Source: Desulfobulbaceae bacterium (lineage in GTDB: Bacteria; Bacteroidota; Ignavibacteria; Kapaibacteriales; UBA2268). From it: 64,000 bases of DNA. The stretch lies in the NCBI GenBank assembly GCA_018335795.1, contig JAGXRP010000066.1:94317-158316 (forward strand), given 5' to 3'. Below the pieces are notes generated by a model. That model ran no database searches and was not told the DNA's origin. It saw only the letters and a program-made list of their open reading frames with translations. Shown here piece after piece: positions 41,146 through 51,326 of this stretch (position 1 is the first letter of the stretch; each line of letters starts with the position of its first letter). The position numbers were made by a program, and so were the translations under genes.

Positions 41146-41358
41146 ATGCTTAGTGAATATCTAAATGAAGCAATCAAACAAGCTAAATATGAAATTTTAG
41201 TAGATGATAATTCCGTCTATGCTGAAATTCCTGCTTGTCCGGGTGTTTATGCAAATGCGAAATCATTCGAAGAATGCCGAACTTTATTAATAGAGGTTTT
41301 GGAAGAGTGGCTTTTCTTGAGGTTACGGAAGAATTTGCAAATCCCCACAATATCATAG
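41146..41358 (+). CDS. HicB-like (UPF0150) type II antitoxin-family protein, orphan
   Basis: 70 aa. YAEIPACPGVYANAKSFEECRTLLIEVLEEWL matches the HicB-like/UPF0150 core pattern (xxSFPDLPGCxxxGxTxEEAxxNxxEAIELWL). No hicA-like ORF lies in the flanking 85 nt upstream or 280 nt downstream. Confidence 0.5.
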   Translation: MLSEYLNEAIKQAKYEILVDDNSVYAEIPACPGVYANAKSFEECRTLLIEVLEEWLFLRLRKNLQIPTIS

Positions 41359-41397
41359 GGTCGTGGGTTTAGGGTTAAGGGTCGAAACATTTAACGA

Positions 41398-41484
41398 TAT
41401 TCTTTGCGTTCTCTGCGTTTAATCGTATTCCTTTGCGTCCTCTGCGGTAAATTGTATTTCTTTGCGTTTTCTGTGGTAAAATTG
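41398..41484. repeat. Three contiguous imperfect direct repeats (28-30 nt) in the intergenic region upstream of the acyl-CoA dehydrogenase gene
   Basis: tattctttgcgttctctgcgtttaatcg / tattcctttgcgtcctctgcggtaaattg / tatttctttgcgttttctgtggtaaaattg. Consensus TATTYCTTTGCGTYYTCTGYGKTAAATTG. Confidence 0.75.
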
Positions 41485-41639
41485 AATTAATTATGCTATA
41501 TTACGTCACATAATATCGTTCTTTAAACACACATTTTATAACAACATCCTCACAATCAACTAAAAACAAACAAAAATAAAATTAATTGAAATATATCTCG
41601 TTTACCGAAATTAATGACTTTACATAAATACGGTAGAAT

Positions 41640-42797
41640 ATGTCAATAAATAGGAATTTATCCGAAGAACAAGTTTTTTTAAGAGATTCTGTAAGACGAT
41701 TTGCCGAAGAGGTAATCAAGCCTCAGGCGAAAGATTTGGACGAGAAAGAGGAGTTTTCTTACGAAATAACTGCCCAAATGGCAGAAATGGGATTCTTGGG
41801 AGCCTTCTTGCCTGAAAAGTACGGCGGAAGCGGGCTTGATTACCTATCGTATATTATCATTGTCGAAGAAATTGCTCGTGTTGACAGTTCCCAAGCCGCT
41901 ACTATTGCCGCTCATAACTCCCTTGGCACCGGTCCTATTTATGATTACGGCAGCGATGAACAAAAGGAAAATTACCTCCCTCAACTTGCAGGTGGCAAAT
42001 TGTGGGGCTTTGGCTTGACTGAACCTGAAGCCGGCTCTGATGCCGGGAATACCAAGACACGCGCTTACCAAGAGCAAGGTGAATGGACTATTAACGGTGC
42101 AAAAATCTTTATTACCAATGCTTCTACAGACATTACCTTAGGTTCTACGGTTTTGGCTGTGACAGGTCAGCAACCCGACGGCAGAAAAGAATTCACATCT
42201 TTCATTGTCGAAAATTCCAATCCCGGAATGGAATGCCGCCAAATGAAAGGCAAAATGATGTGGCGTTCATCGAACACTTCCGAGCTATATTTCTCCGATT
42301 GCAAAGTACCGAATGAGTCTATCTTAGGCAAACGAGGAGATGGATTTAAGCAAATGCTTGCAACTTTGGACAAAGGGCGACTTTCGATTGCCGCTATGGG
42401 ATTGGGTTTGGCTCAAGGTGCTTTTGAAGCAGCTCTTCATTATGCAAAACAAAGAAAAACCTTCGGACGTGCGATTTCTACGTATCAATCTAATGCATTC
42501 AAACTTGCAGACATTGATATGGGCATAGAGCTTGCCCGAAATTATTTATATGAAGTGTGTCGCATGGCGGCTCGCGGAGAGAAAATCACAAAAGAATCAG
42601 CAATTGCCAAATTATATTGCTCCGAATTAGCCCACAAAGCCGCCGACCATTGTGTCCAAATACACGGCGGATACGGACTGATGAAGGAATATGATGCAGA
42701 GCGATTCTACCGTGACCAAAAATTGCTCGAAATCGGCGAAGGCACTTCCGAAATTCAAAGATTAGTTATTTCACGTATTATAGGATGTTTCGATTAA
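41640..42797 (+). CDS. Acyl-CoA dehydrogenase (isovaleryl-/branched-chain acyl-CoA dehydrogenase-like)
   Basis: ACAD signatures (FGLTEPEAGSDAGNTKTRA ... YGLMKEYDAERFYRDQKLLEIGEGTSEIQRLVISR). It is adjacent to HMG-CoA lyase and IcmF, which supports branched-chain specificity by context. Confidence 0.8.
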   Translation: MSINRNLSEEQVFLRDSVRRFAEEVIKPQAKDLDEKEEFSYEITAQMAEMGFLGAFLPEKYGGSGLDYLSYIIIVEEIARVDSSQAATIAAHNSLGTGPIYDYGSDEQKENYLPQLAGGKLWGFGLTEPEAGSDAGNTKTRAYQEQGEWTINGAKIFITNASTDITLGSTVLAVTGQQPDGRKEFTSFIVENSNPGMECRQMKGKMMWRSSNTSELYFSDCKVPNESILGKRGDGFKQMLATLDKGRLSIAAMGLGLAQGAFEAALHYAKQRKTFGRAISTYQSNAFKLADIDMGIELARNYLYEVCRMAARGEKITKESAIAKLYCSELAHKAADHCVQIHGGYGLMKEYDAERFYRDQKLLEIGEGTSEIQRLVISRIIGCFD

Positions 42798-42819
42798 TTA
42801 TGCAACATAAGGTTTTGAG

Positions 42820-43668
42820 ATGACTCGCATTATAGAATGTCCTCGCGATGCGATGCAAGGCATTGACGAATATATACCAACTGCAACAAAAGTTGATTAT
42901 ATCAATAAACTTCTGAAGGTAGGATTCGACACTATTGATTTCGGTTCATTCGTATCTCCCAAATCTGTTCCTCAAATGAGAGATACTGCCGATGTACTCA
43001 GAAAATTAAATCTGAACGGCTCAAGTTCATTTCTTCTGGCAATTGTAGCGAATTTGCGCGGCGCTGAAGATGCTGTAATGTTCGATGAAATTGATTTTCT
43101 CGGCTTCCCATTCTCGGTTTCTGAGACCTTCCAAAAGAAAAATACAAATTCGACAATTGACCAATCATTGGCAAGAGTTGAAGAAATCCACGATACCTGC
43201 GTCCGAACCAATAAAGAATTGATAATTTATCTTTCTATGGCATTCGGCAATCCTTACGGCGACCCTTGGAATTTCGACGAAATTGGTCGCCGAGTAGAGC
43301 AATTAACAGATTTAGGTGTTAATACTATCGCTTTATCGGATACTGTGGGAGTTTCTAATCCCGAAAATATCAAGCATTTATATTCCAATCTCACTGAAGA
43401 ATTCCCATTTATTGAATTCGGGGCACATTTGCATAGCAGCCCGGACTCGTGGCACGAAAAAATTCAAGCTGCTTACGATAGCGGTTGTCGTCGTTTCGAT
43501 TCTGCTCTCAAAGGCTGGGGAGGGTGCCCTATGGCTCAAGATGATTTAGTTGGTAATGTTGCCACAGAGAATTTAATTGCTTTTCTCAAGCAAAATGAGG
43601 ACGATTTCGAGATAAACGAGCGCGAATTTAATCATGCTCTCGAAGCTGCCAACAGTATTTTCAAATAG
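42820..43668 (+). CDS. Hydroxymethylglutaryl-CoA lyase
   Basis: IIECPRDAMQGIDEYIPTATKVDYINKLLKVGFDTIDFGSFVSPKSVPQM, the HMGL-like TIM-barrel N-terminus. Downstream His/Cys metal-site context (EFGAHLHSSPDS ... GWGGCP) is also present. 282 aa. Confidence 0.85.
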   Translation: MTRIIECPRDAMQGIDEYIPTATKVDYINKLLKVGFDTIDFGSFVSPKSVPQMRDTADVLRKLNLNGSSSFLLAIVANLRGAEDAVMFDEIDFLGFPFSVSETFQKKNTNSTIDQSLARVEEIHDTCVRTNKELIIYLSMAFGNPYGDPWNFDEIGRRVEQLTDLGVNTIALSDTVGVSNPENIKHLYSNLTEEFPFIEFGAHLHSSPDSWHEKIQAAYDSGCRRFDSALKGWGGCPMAQDDLVGNVATENLIAFLKQNEDDFEINEREFNHALEAANSIFK

Positions 43669-43764
43669 TTAAACCAGAATTTATAATATTGCTAAAAGGG
43701 AATTCATAAAACAAATTCCCTTTTTTTCGTCTATACAAAATTATAGTACCTTTTTTTTGGAGCA

Positions 43765-46700
43765 TTGATGCAAAAGATAAGAATAGTTACAGCCGCAGCA
43801 CTTTTTGACGGACATGATGTCTCAATCAATCTATTCCGCAGGTTACTTCAAAAACGTGGTGCTGAAATTATTCATATCGGGCATAATCGCTCAGTCAGCG
43901 AAGTTGTTACCGTTGCCCTCCAAGAAGATGCAGATGCAATTCTTGTTAGTTCGTACCAAGGCGGGCACAACGAATATTTTCGTTATATGTTGGACATGCT
44001 CAAGGAAAACGATGCAGCCGATATTTTAATTTTTGGCGGTGGCGGTGGTGTTATTCTTCCTTCCGAAGCTACTACGCTTGAATCTTACGGCGTTAAACGT
44101 ATTTACCACGCTACCGAAGGGCAAAAAATAGGTATTGACGGCATCGCTGATGATATTATTAATTCAATTATCCAACATCGCAAATCAATTGCTAAATTCA
44201 TTCCCAATAATGAGTTAATCAAACAAAATAATTCAGCTCAGAGCTACTTAATTGCCAAACAATTATCCTTTTTCGAAAATTGCACCGACGATTGCAACCG
44301 CGACACATACCGTAAAATTTATGCCGATAACGATAAAGGCAAATCCATTGTTCTCGGTGTGACAGGTACCGGTGGCAGCGGAAAAAGTTCTCTAAATGAC
44401 GAAATTATTGGAAGATTTTTATCAACTACTCAGAATTTTAAAATCGGAATATTGGCAGTTGACCCTTCCAAAAGCAACACAGGTGGTGCATTGTTGGGAG
44501 ATAGAATCCGGTATAACCAAATTTACAACAAAAATGTCTTTTTCCGTAGCTTTGCGACACGCTCCAGCAAATCTGAAATCCCCGAAAGCATCAAAGATTC
44601 GATTGCAATTCTAAAATCTTGTGGATATGATTTAATTATTGTCGAAACTTCGGGAATTGGTCAAGCCAATAGCGAAGTCGTTACGATTAGTGATAAATCT
44701 GTTTATGTGATGACCGCAGAATTTGGTGCTCCAACTCAGTTAGAAAAAATTGATATGCTCGACAAAGCCGACTTCATAGTAATCAATAAATTCGAGAAAA
44801 GAGGCTCCGAGGATGCTTATAGAGAGGTTAAAATCAATTACCTTCGAAATCGCAACGTCAAAACCGATAAGACCCTTACTCTTGATGAACTTGAATTACC
44901 TGTTTATGCTTGTAGTAGCAACCATTTCAACAATCCCGGTCTAAACCGCTTATTCAAAGATTTGACGGCATCTTATGCGGATAAAAATGTCGAATTCGAC
45001 TACGAATTCATTGCTAAAATGCCCACTAAGCATATAGTTGATTACAGTTTGATTAATAATGACAAAATCAGCTATTTATCGGAAATTGCAGAATCAATCG
45101 CACAATATAAAATTCTCGTTGCTCGCCAATCCGGAATCGCCGAAAAAGCGTACGCTTATAAGATTGCTTACGAAAGCACGACTGATAATGATTTGCGAAA
45201 CAGATTGATTGCCGAATACGAAATTTTCTATGATGAATTGACCGAAGAGAGTAAAAAGTATATTAATAATTGGTCAAAAGTCATTGAAAATTATTCACAA
45301 GATGAGATTAAGTATTCGGTTCAAGGTAAAGAACTTACGATTAATTCATTTAGCAAATCACTTTCGGGTTCTAAAATTCCCAAAGTTGCTTTGCCCAAAT
45401 TCAATGATTGGAAAAATATTCTCGAATTTTGCTATATGGAAAATTTGCCCGGCGAATTCCCATACACAGCCGGTGTTTTCCCTTTCAAAAGGACAACTGA
45501 AGACCCTAAACGACAATTCGCAGGTGAGGGAAGCCCCGAAAGAACAAATAGAAGATTCCATTATTTATCCAAAGATGATGCTGCCAAACGACTTTCGGTC
45601 GCATTCGACGGCATCACACTATATGCTGAAGACCCTGCTGAGCAACCCGATATTTACGGGAAAATCGGCGAATCAGGTGTTTCCATTTGTAGTGTCGAGG
45701 ATATGGACAGATTGCTCGCAGGATTTGACCAAACTGACCCTTTGACGTCAGTTTCCATGACAATTAATGCTCCGGCACCAATCATGGTGGCATTCTATTT
45801 CATGACTGCTTATAACAGAGCATTGAAAAAGCTTGAAAATGATGGAATGGTATTAGATGCTGCTGCAAGAGAAAATCTCAAACTTGAGACTTTCAGGAAG
45901 CTTCGCGGCACAGTCCAAGCTGATATGTTGAAAGAAGACCAAGCCCAAAACACAATAATTTTTTCGATAGATTTTGCGATGAAGCTAATTGGTGATTTGC
46001 AAGAGTATTTATCAATCAATAAAATTCGCAATTATTATTCGCTGAGTATTAGCGGTTATCATATCGCAGAAGCAGGTGCTAATCCTATTTCACAGCTTGC
46101 ATTTACTCTCGCTAACGGATTCACTTATGTAGAGTATTTCCTGAATCGCGGACTCAAAGTTGATGATTTTGCCCCAAATCTGTCTTTCTTCTTTTCCAAT
46201 GGAATGGACCCTGAATATTCAGTGATCGGACGTGTTGCACGAAGAATTTGGTCAGTAGCTATGAAAAATAAATATGGTGCCGACGAAAGAAGCCAAAGAC
46301 TGAAATATCACATCCAAACATCCGGAAGGTCACTTCACGCTCAAGAAATTGATTTCAACGATATTAGAACTACATTGCAGGGATTGCTCGCATTTTACGA
46401 TAATTGCAATTCATTGCATACTAATTCATACGACGAAGCCGTGACTACCCCTACTGAGGAATCTGTTCGTCGCTCAATGGCTATTCAATTGATTTTATCC
46501 AAAGAATTCGGTATGTTGAAAAACGAAAATCCTAATCAGGGTTCATTCATTATCGAAGAGCTGACCGACCTTGTAGAAGAGGCTGTTTTGATGGAATTCC
46601 GCCGTCTGTCTCGTCGCGGTGGAGTACTTGGAGCGATGGAAACACAATACCAGCGTTCAAAAATTCAAGAAGAATCAATGTATTACGAATATATGAAACA

Positions 46701-47004
46701 AAGCGGCGAATTCCCAATTATCGGTGTAAATACATTCATTAATTCAAGTGATGATAATCCCTACGAGAAAATGCAAATTATTCGGACATCTGATGAAGAG
46801 AAATTGCAAAGACTATCGGAAGTTAAAGGATTCCAAGAACGCAACGCCGATAAAGTAGATGCAGCTCTTAGAAATTTGAGGGAAGTTGCTATTTCCGGCG
46901 GAAACATCTTTGCCGAATTGCTCAATACAGTTCAATATGCAACTATGGGGCAAATCACTTCTGTTCTTTACAAAATTGGCGGGAAATACCGTAGAGGGAT
47001 GTAA
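43765..47004 (+). CDS. icmF: Fused isobutyryl-CoA mutase (B12-binding domain + MeaB-like G-protein domain + mutase catalytic domain)
   Basis: 1079 aa. The N-terminal B12-binding Rossmann region (IVTAAALFDGHDVSINLFRRLLQKRGAEIIHIGHNRSVSEV) and a P-loop GTPase region (LGVTGTGGSGKSSL ... VVINKFE) are followed by a large methylmalonyl-CoA-mutase-like catalytic domain. Domain order and size are as in IcmF. Confidence 0.85.
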   Translation: MMQKIRIVTAAALFDGHDVSINLFRRLLQKRGAEIIHIGHNRSVSEVVTVALQEDADAILVSSYQGGHNEYFRYMLDMLKENDAADILIFGGGGGVILPSEATTLESYGVKRIYHATEGQKIGIDGIADDIINSIIQHRKSIAKFIPNNELIKQNNSAQSYLIAKQLSFFENCTDDCNRDTYRKIYADNDKGKSIVLGVTGTGGSGKSSLNDEIIGRFLSTTQNFKIGILAVDPSKSNTGGALLGDRIRYNQIYNKNVFFRSFATRSSKSEIPESIKDSIAILKSCGYDLIIVETSGIGQANSEVVTISDKSVYVMTAEFGAPTQLEKIDMLDKADFIVINKFEKRGSEDAYREVKINYLRNRNVKTDKTLTLDELELPVYACSSNHFNNPGLNRLFKDLTASYADKNVEFDYEFIAKMPTKHIVDYSLINNDKISYLSEIAESIAQYKILVARQSGIAEKAYAYKIAYESTTDNDLRNRLIAEYEIFYDELTEESKKYINNWSKVIENYSQDEIKYSVQGKELTINSFSKSLSGSKIPKVALPKFNDWKNILEFCYMENLPGEFPYTAGVFPFKRTTEDPKRQFAGEGSPERTNRRFHYLSKDDAAKRLSVAFDGITLYAEDPAEQPDIYGKIGESGVSICSVEDMDRLLAGFDQTDPLTSVSMTINAPAPIMVAFYFMTAYNRALKKLENDGMVLDAAARENLKLETFRKLRGTVQADMLKEDQAQNTIIFSIDFAMKLIGDLQEYLSINKIRNYYSLSISGYHIAEAGANPISQLAFTLANGFTYVEYFLNRGLKVDDFAPNLSFFFSNGMDPEYSVIGRVARRIWSVAMKNKYGADERSQRLKYHIQTSGRSLHAQEIDFNDIRTTLQGLLAFYDNCNSLHTNSYDEAVTTPTEESVRRSMAIQLILSKEFGMLKNENPNQGSFIIEELTDLVEEAVLMEFRRLSRRGGVLGAMETQYQRSKIQEESMYYEYMKQSGEFPIIGVNTFINSSDDNPYEKMQIIRTSDEEKLQRLSEVKGFQERNADKVDAALRNLREVAISGGNIFAELLNTVQYATMGQITSVLYKIGGKYRRGM

Positions 47005-47014
47005 AGAATAAATC

Positions 47015-48787
47015 ATGCGTGGAGACACATTCGGTTCTGAATTTAATAAAATTGATTTCAAATTAATCAAAAGATTAATTGTCTTCCTCAAACCATATAA
47101 ATTATATGTTTATTTAGCTATTTTACTGACACTTTTAGTTTCTGCATTAGCACCTTTAAAGCCTTATTTAATAAAAATTGCAGTTGATGACTACATTTCA
47201 TTAGGCGATAAACAAGGTCTGCTCAATATTATTGTGCTTATTTTAGCAGTTCTTGTTTTACATGGTGCTATCAGATTTGGACTTACTTTTATTATGCAAT
47301 GGGTGGGGCAAAACTGTCTCAACGATATTCGAACACAGCTTTATGCACACTTGCAAAAGCTTTCGATGAAGTATTACGATAAAAATCCTGTCGGCAGATT
47401 GGTTACGCGCGTCACAAACGATGTCGAAGTCCTTAACCAACTTTTCTCATCGGGGCTTATAATGATGGTAGCGGATTTGATGCTTATTTTTTGGATTATC
47501 GGTTTTATGTTCTACACTGATGTCAAGCTGACTTTACTTACAATTACCGTTTTGCCGCTTTTGCTTCTCCTTACTACATTTTTCCGACGCAAAGTTAGAG
47601 TTTTGTTTCGTGACTTGCGAAATGAAGTATCTAAAATGAATTCTTTTTTGAATGAATTTATTTCCGGCATTTCAACAGTTAAAGTATTTGGTCAGGAGAA
47701 AAAATTGAATAGTGAGTTTGATGTTATCAACAAAAAAACTCGTGAATTGAATATTAAAACTGTTTTTTATTATGCCATGTTTTTCCCGGCAATCGAAATG
47801 ATTGGTGCTATTGCTACTGCAATTGTATTATGGTATGCAGCCGGAAACATTTTATCGGGTGTAATGACAGTCGGGATTTTGATAGCATTTATCCAATATT
47901 CTCAAATGTTTTTCCGCCCGGTCAGAGATTTAAGCGAAAAATATACAACTCTTCAAAATGCAATGGCTTCATCCGAAAGAATTTTTGGTCTTTTAGACAC
48001 CGAAGATTTCTTGCAAGATGCCCCCGATGCATTAGAAAAATTCGATTTTAAAGATAAGATTAAATTTGAAAATGTTTCGTTCAGCTATGACGATAATAAG
48101 TGGGTATTAAAAGATATTTCTTTTGAAATTAAGAAAGGCGAAACAGTTGCAATCGTTGGAGCAACAGGCTCAGGCAAAACTTCTATTATTAATTTGCTCT
48201 GCAGATATTATGATTATCAATCCGGTAAAATTTCAATTGACGGAATTGAACTAAAAAATATAAAACAAAAGCCTTTGAGGGAAAAAATCGCTCTTGTGAT
48301 GCAAGATGTATTCTTATTTTCCCGAACAATCAAGGAGAATATTAATCTTGGCTCCGAGGACATTTCGGATATCGAAGTTCGTAATGCGGCAATAGCTTTG
48401 GGAGCAGCACCTTTTATCGAAGCAAATCCAGATGGCTTTGATTATCTGCTTAACGAGCGTGGACAATCACTTTCGACAGGGCAAAGACAGCTTATTTCAT
48501 TTTGTCGTGCATATGCAGCTAATCCCGAGCTGTTAATTTTAGACGAAGCAACTTCTAGTATTGATACAGAAACTGAAAATATAATCGAAAAATCTCTCGA
48601 AAAACTATTGGAAAACCGTACTTCAATTGTTATTGCACATAGGCTTTCCACTATCAAACGTGCCAACAAGATTTTAGTATTGCACAAAGGTCAAATTCGT
48701 GAGCAAGGCACTCACGATGAATTGTTGCAATTGAATGGTCTATATGCCAAATTATATATGTTGCAATACAACGAAGTGTCGGTCTAA
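47015..48787 (+). CDS. ABC transporter permease/ATP-binding fusion (MsbA/exporter type)
   Basis: Six N-terminal TM helices, then Walker A (GATGSGKTS), the ABC signature (LSTGQRQLISFCRA), Walker B (ILILDEATSSID) and an H-loop (IVIAHRLST). 590 aa. Confidence 0.85.
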   Translation: MRGDTFGSEFNKIDFKLIKRLIVFLKPYKLYVYLAILLTLLVSALAPLKPYLIKIAVDDYISLGDKQGLLNIIVLILAVLVLHGAIRFGLTFIMQWVGQNCLNDIRTQLYAHLQKLSMKYYDKNPVGRLVTRVTNDVEVLNQLFSSGLIMMVADLMLIFWIIGFMFYTDVKLTLLTITVLPLLLLLTTFFRRKVRVLFRDLRNEVSKMNSFLNEFISGISTVKVFGQEKKLNSEFDVINKKTRELNIKTVFYYAMFFPAIEMIGAIATAIVLWYAAGNILSGVMTVGILIAFIQYSQMFFRPVRDLSEKYTTLQNAMASSERIFGLLDTEDFLQDAPDALEKFDFKDKIKFENVSFSYDDNKWVLKDISFEIKKGETVAIVGATGSGKTSIINLLCRYYDYQSGKISIDGIELKNIKQKPLREKIALVMQDVFLFSRTIKENINLGSEDISDIEVRNAAIALGAAPFIEANPDGFDYLLNERGQSLSTGQRQLISFCRAYAANPELLILDEATSSIDTETENIIEKSLEKLLENRTSIVIAHRLSTIKRANKILVLHKGQIREQGTHDELLQLNGLYAKLYMLQYNEVSV

Positions 48788-50958
48788 AGCATTCCCGAGC
48801 GTTTACGCACAAACCATTCTATTGAAAATAGCAAAATTGCAATAATCAGCAACCATGGCTGACTCCACAAGGCAAACTCGCTTCTTTCGGTTACAGGTCG
48901 AGCTTTGAAATTCTTGTGATTTTGAATTGCATCTAATAATTCATTTGCATTTTCTGGAGTGAAGAACTCGCCACCCGAGATATATGCCAAATTACGAAGC
49001 AAACTTGTATTCATCCTCAAATTAAGATATTCCGCCGGAGTTTCGCCGACTGTAAATCTGCCGTCATCTTTGCCTAATTGATTCTGCCCTAATTTTGCTG
49101 TTCCCTTGAATACGTGGTCACCGGCGGGAAGAGATTCCATTGCCCCAAAATATCGCCCATTATTAATTGGAGACATAATTATGGTTCGAGTTTCGTCAAG
49201 AGATTCAATTTGCAATTCTACTATCGCATTATCAACTGTTTGGTATGAAGCATCATAAACTTGAGCAACAAATTCAATTCGTTCACCCACATTATACAGT
49301 TGTTTTGAAGGCTTAATAATTAATTGTTTTGCCTTATCTTTCAAAGATAGCCATCGAATTGAGTTCTCGAAAAACAGAGTAAATATATCTGTAGCTTCAT
49401 TCCGACCGCGAGATACTTCCACAGCATGGCCGGCTAATTTCCATCTGAATAATCCGTAGCCCATCACTGCAATACTCTTTGTTTGTTGGAATTCGCGCGT
49501 CATGATTAATGGCTCGGCAATCGGGACATTGTTCACTTTCATCGAAGCCACAAGTTCGGATTCCGATTTGATTCTGACAAATGTCTCGGTTTTATAAATT
49601 GGTGGCAAATTATTCCATTGATTCAAATCTTCATCAGTTCCGTTGATTCTAATCAAAGGATTGGACAAGGCTCTCGGGTTGAGGTCAACGTTGACCATGA
49701 ATTCCTTTGCTCTCGTGGAAGCAACATTGAAAGGTAAAAATTCTTCAAATTTTTTGAGTTTATTGTAATCAGTTTCTCGGCCCGCAATAAATAATATTGA
49801 TTTACCTTTGGAAATGTGGTTCACCAAATTCTGTACCGTTGCATCGGACGTGTTTGCTGTCGGGAAATTTACGAAAATAAAGACTTCTGTTTCATTCAAA
49901 TCTTTTTGAGTTGGCTCATTATAAAAGCTCGTTCCCAAACTTTGTATGAACTCTCTAATCTCAATTCCTTCTTGATTTTTAATAGCATTTTTGATGAATG
50001 AAATATCTGCAACTGCCGAACCCGAAAAAAACGATATTATCCTCTTGTTTTTGAGCACTTTAACAAACTTAGCTATTTGATTATTTTTATGCGTAATTTC
50101 ACCTTCCAAATTTTCCAATTTTATGCTCAGTTTTTTGTTACCCTCAGTTTTCGGCTCGTAAGTGAAATCAACAGAGTATTCGGTTCTATTTAGTGTCAAT
50201 TCTATTGTTGTTTCGCCGATGCCGATATTTTCCTCGAAGAATTGCACCTTTACACTTTTGCCTTCAAAACCATTGGCATCAAATCTGATATTGACAGGCA
50301 CTTTGTCATTGATATAAACTGCATCATTTGTGATTATATTAACAATTGCGACATCTTTGGGGTAAGTAGAATCCCCGATTCCAACTACAAAAACCGGTTT
50401 GCCGAGTCGCTCGGCAGTGTAAATAGGATTGTCGCCACTATTAAATGCCCCATCGGTGAAAATAACAATGCTTCTCAAATTTTCATCGCTCATTGAACGG
50501 TTTATGTTGCCCAAAGCATTGGATAAATCTGTGTTGCTGCCGTCTAATTCTAATGATTCAAAATCAAATGATTCACTTTCTTGAACAGTATTCGAAAATT
50601 TCCGTACAATTAAATCATCACCAAGTTGCTCCAATGCAGATTCTTCCATTGATTTCTTATAGCCGGATTTGCGGTCACCTCCGGCATCATCTAATGACAT
50701 CGAAAGCGAATTATCCAATAATGCGACCACGACAGGCTCTTTCATGCTTCCACGAATTGCTGTGTAAACCGGCTCGAATAATGCGAAAAGCAATAACACC
50801 AAAGCCAATGCCCGCATGACAGTCAATAGAGTTTTACGGCGAGGAGTGATTTCAGGAACAGTTTTGCGATATGACCAAATCGAAAATGCTATCAAAGCCA
50901 GCGAAATTATGATTAATACTGCCCAACTGCCACTTATCCCGAAATAATATGAATTCAT
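48784..50958 (-). CDS. BatA-like membrane protein with N-terminal double-TM segment and von Willebrand factor A domain
   Basis: Two N-terminal TM helices (WAVLIIISLALIAFSIW ... LLTVMRALALVLLLFALFEP) in the arrangement typical of the 'N-terminal double-transmembrane' BatA-type domain. A MIDAS-like DxSxS motif (VALLDNSLSMS) and a C-terminal TM helix follow. 724 aa. Confidence 0.5.
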   Translation of the reverse strand: MNSYYFGISGSWAVLIIISLALIAFSIWSYRKTVPEITPRRKTLLTVMRALALVLLLFALFEPVYTAIRGSMKEPVVVALLDNSLSMSLDDAGGDRKSGYKKSMEESALEQLGDDLIVRKFSNTVQESESFDFESLELDGSNTDLSNALGNINRSMSDENLRSIVIFTDGAFNSGDNPIYTAERLGKPVFVVGIGDSTYPKDVAIVNIITNDAVYINDKVPVNIRFDANGFEGKSVKVQFFEENIGIGETTIELTLNRTEYSVDFTYEPKTEGNKKLSIKLENLEGEITHKNNQIAKFVKVLKNKRIISFFSGSAVADISFIKNAIKNQEGIEIREFIQSLGTSFYNEPTQKDLNETEVFIFVNFPTANTSDATVQNLVNHISKGKSILFIAGRETDYNKLKKFEEFLPFNVASTRAKEFMVNVDLNPRALSNPLIRINGTDEDLNQWNNLPPIYKTETFVRIKSESELVASMKVNNVPIAEPLIMTREFQQTKSIAVMGYGLFRWKLAGHAVEVSRGRNEATDIFTLFFENSIRWLSLKDKAKQLIIKPSKQLYNVGERIEFVAQVYDASYQTVDNAIVELQIESLDETRTIIMSPINNGRYFGAMESLPAGDHVFKGTAKLGQNQLGKDDGRFTVGETPAEYLNLRMNTSLLRNLAYISGGEFFTPENANELLDAIQNHKNFKARPVTERSEFALWSQPWLLIIAILLFSIEWFVRKRSGML

Positions 50959-51020
50959 TTATGTATTTTCCGATTTTAATATTTTGTTCATCAAGTACTA
51001 ATCAATAACGTTGAAGTGTG

Positions 51021-51326
51021 CTATTTCTTTTGATTCTCAGCCAATAGTTGCATTGCAATTGACTCAAATTCTGTTTCTAAATCCATTTCCGAAATTTGCT
51101 TTCCGGCTCTCGAATACCAATACTCGGCATTCCAAATATCGCCTTCTTTGCGGTGCAAGTAAGCATGTATCCATGCTGCATTCTTACTCCCGAGATTTTG
51201 AACGATGTCATGAGCCTTGTCCCAATTTCCCTTATATTCATGCCAAAGCGCCTCGAGTTCCTTACTGAAAACAGGATTCGGGGCTTCAGTCTTAAATATT
51301 TGAGCTATTTCATTTTTGGCTTTCAT
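51021..51326 (-). CDS. Hypothetical small protein (101 aa)
   Basis: Intact ORF in an otherwise gene-free gap. No recognisable motif. Confidence 0.35.
   Translation of the reverse strand: MKAKNEIAQIFKTEAPNPVFSKELEALWHEYKGNWDKAHDIVQNLGSKNAAWIHAYLHRKEGDIWNAEYWYSRAGKQISEMDLETEFESIAMQLLAENQKK

Noticed and set aside
41398-41484. Possible CRISPR array (three ~29-nt repeats)
   Set aside because: The repeats are directly contiguous with no spacers. There are only three copies and no cas genes, so they are iteron-like and not CRISPR.
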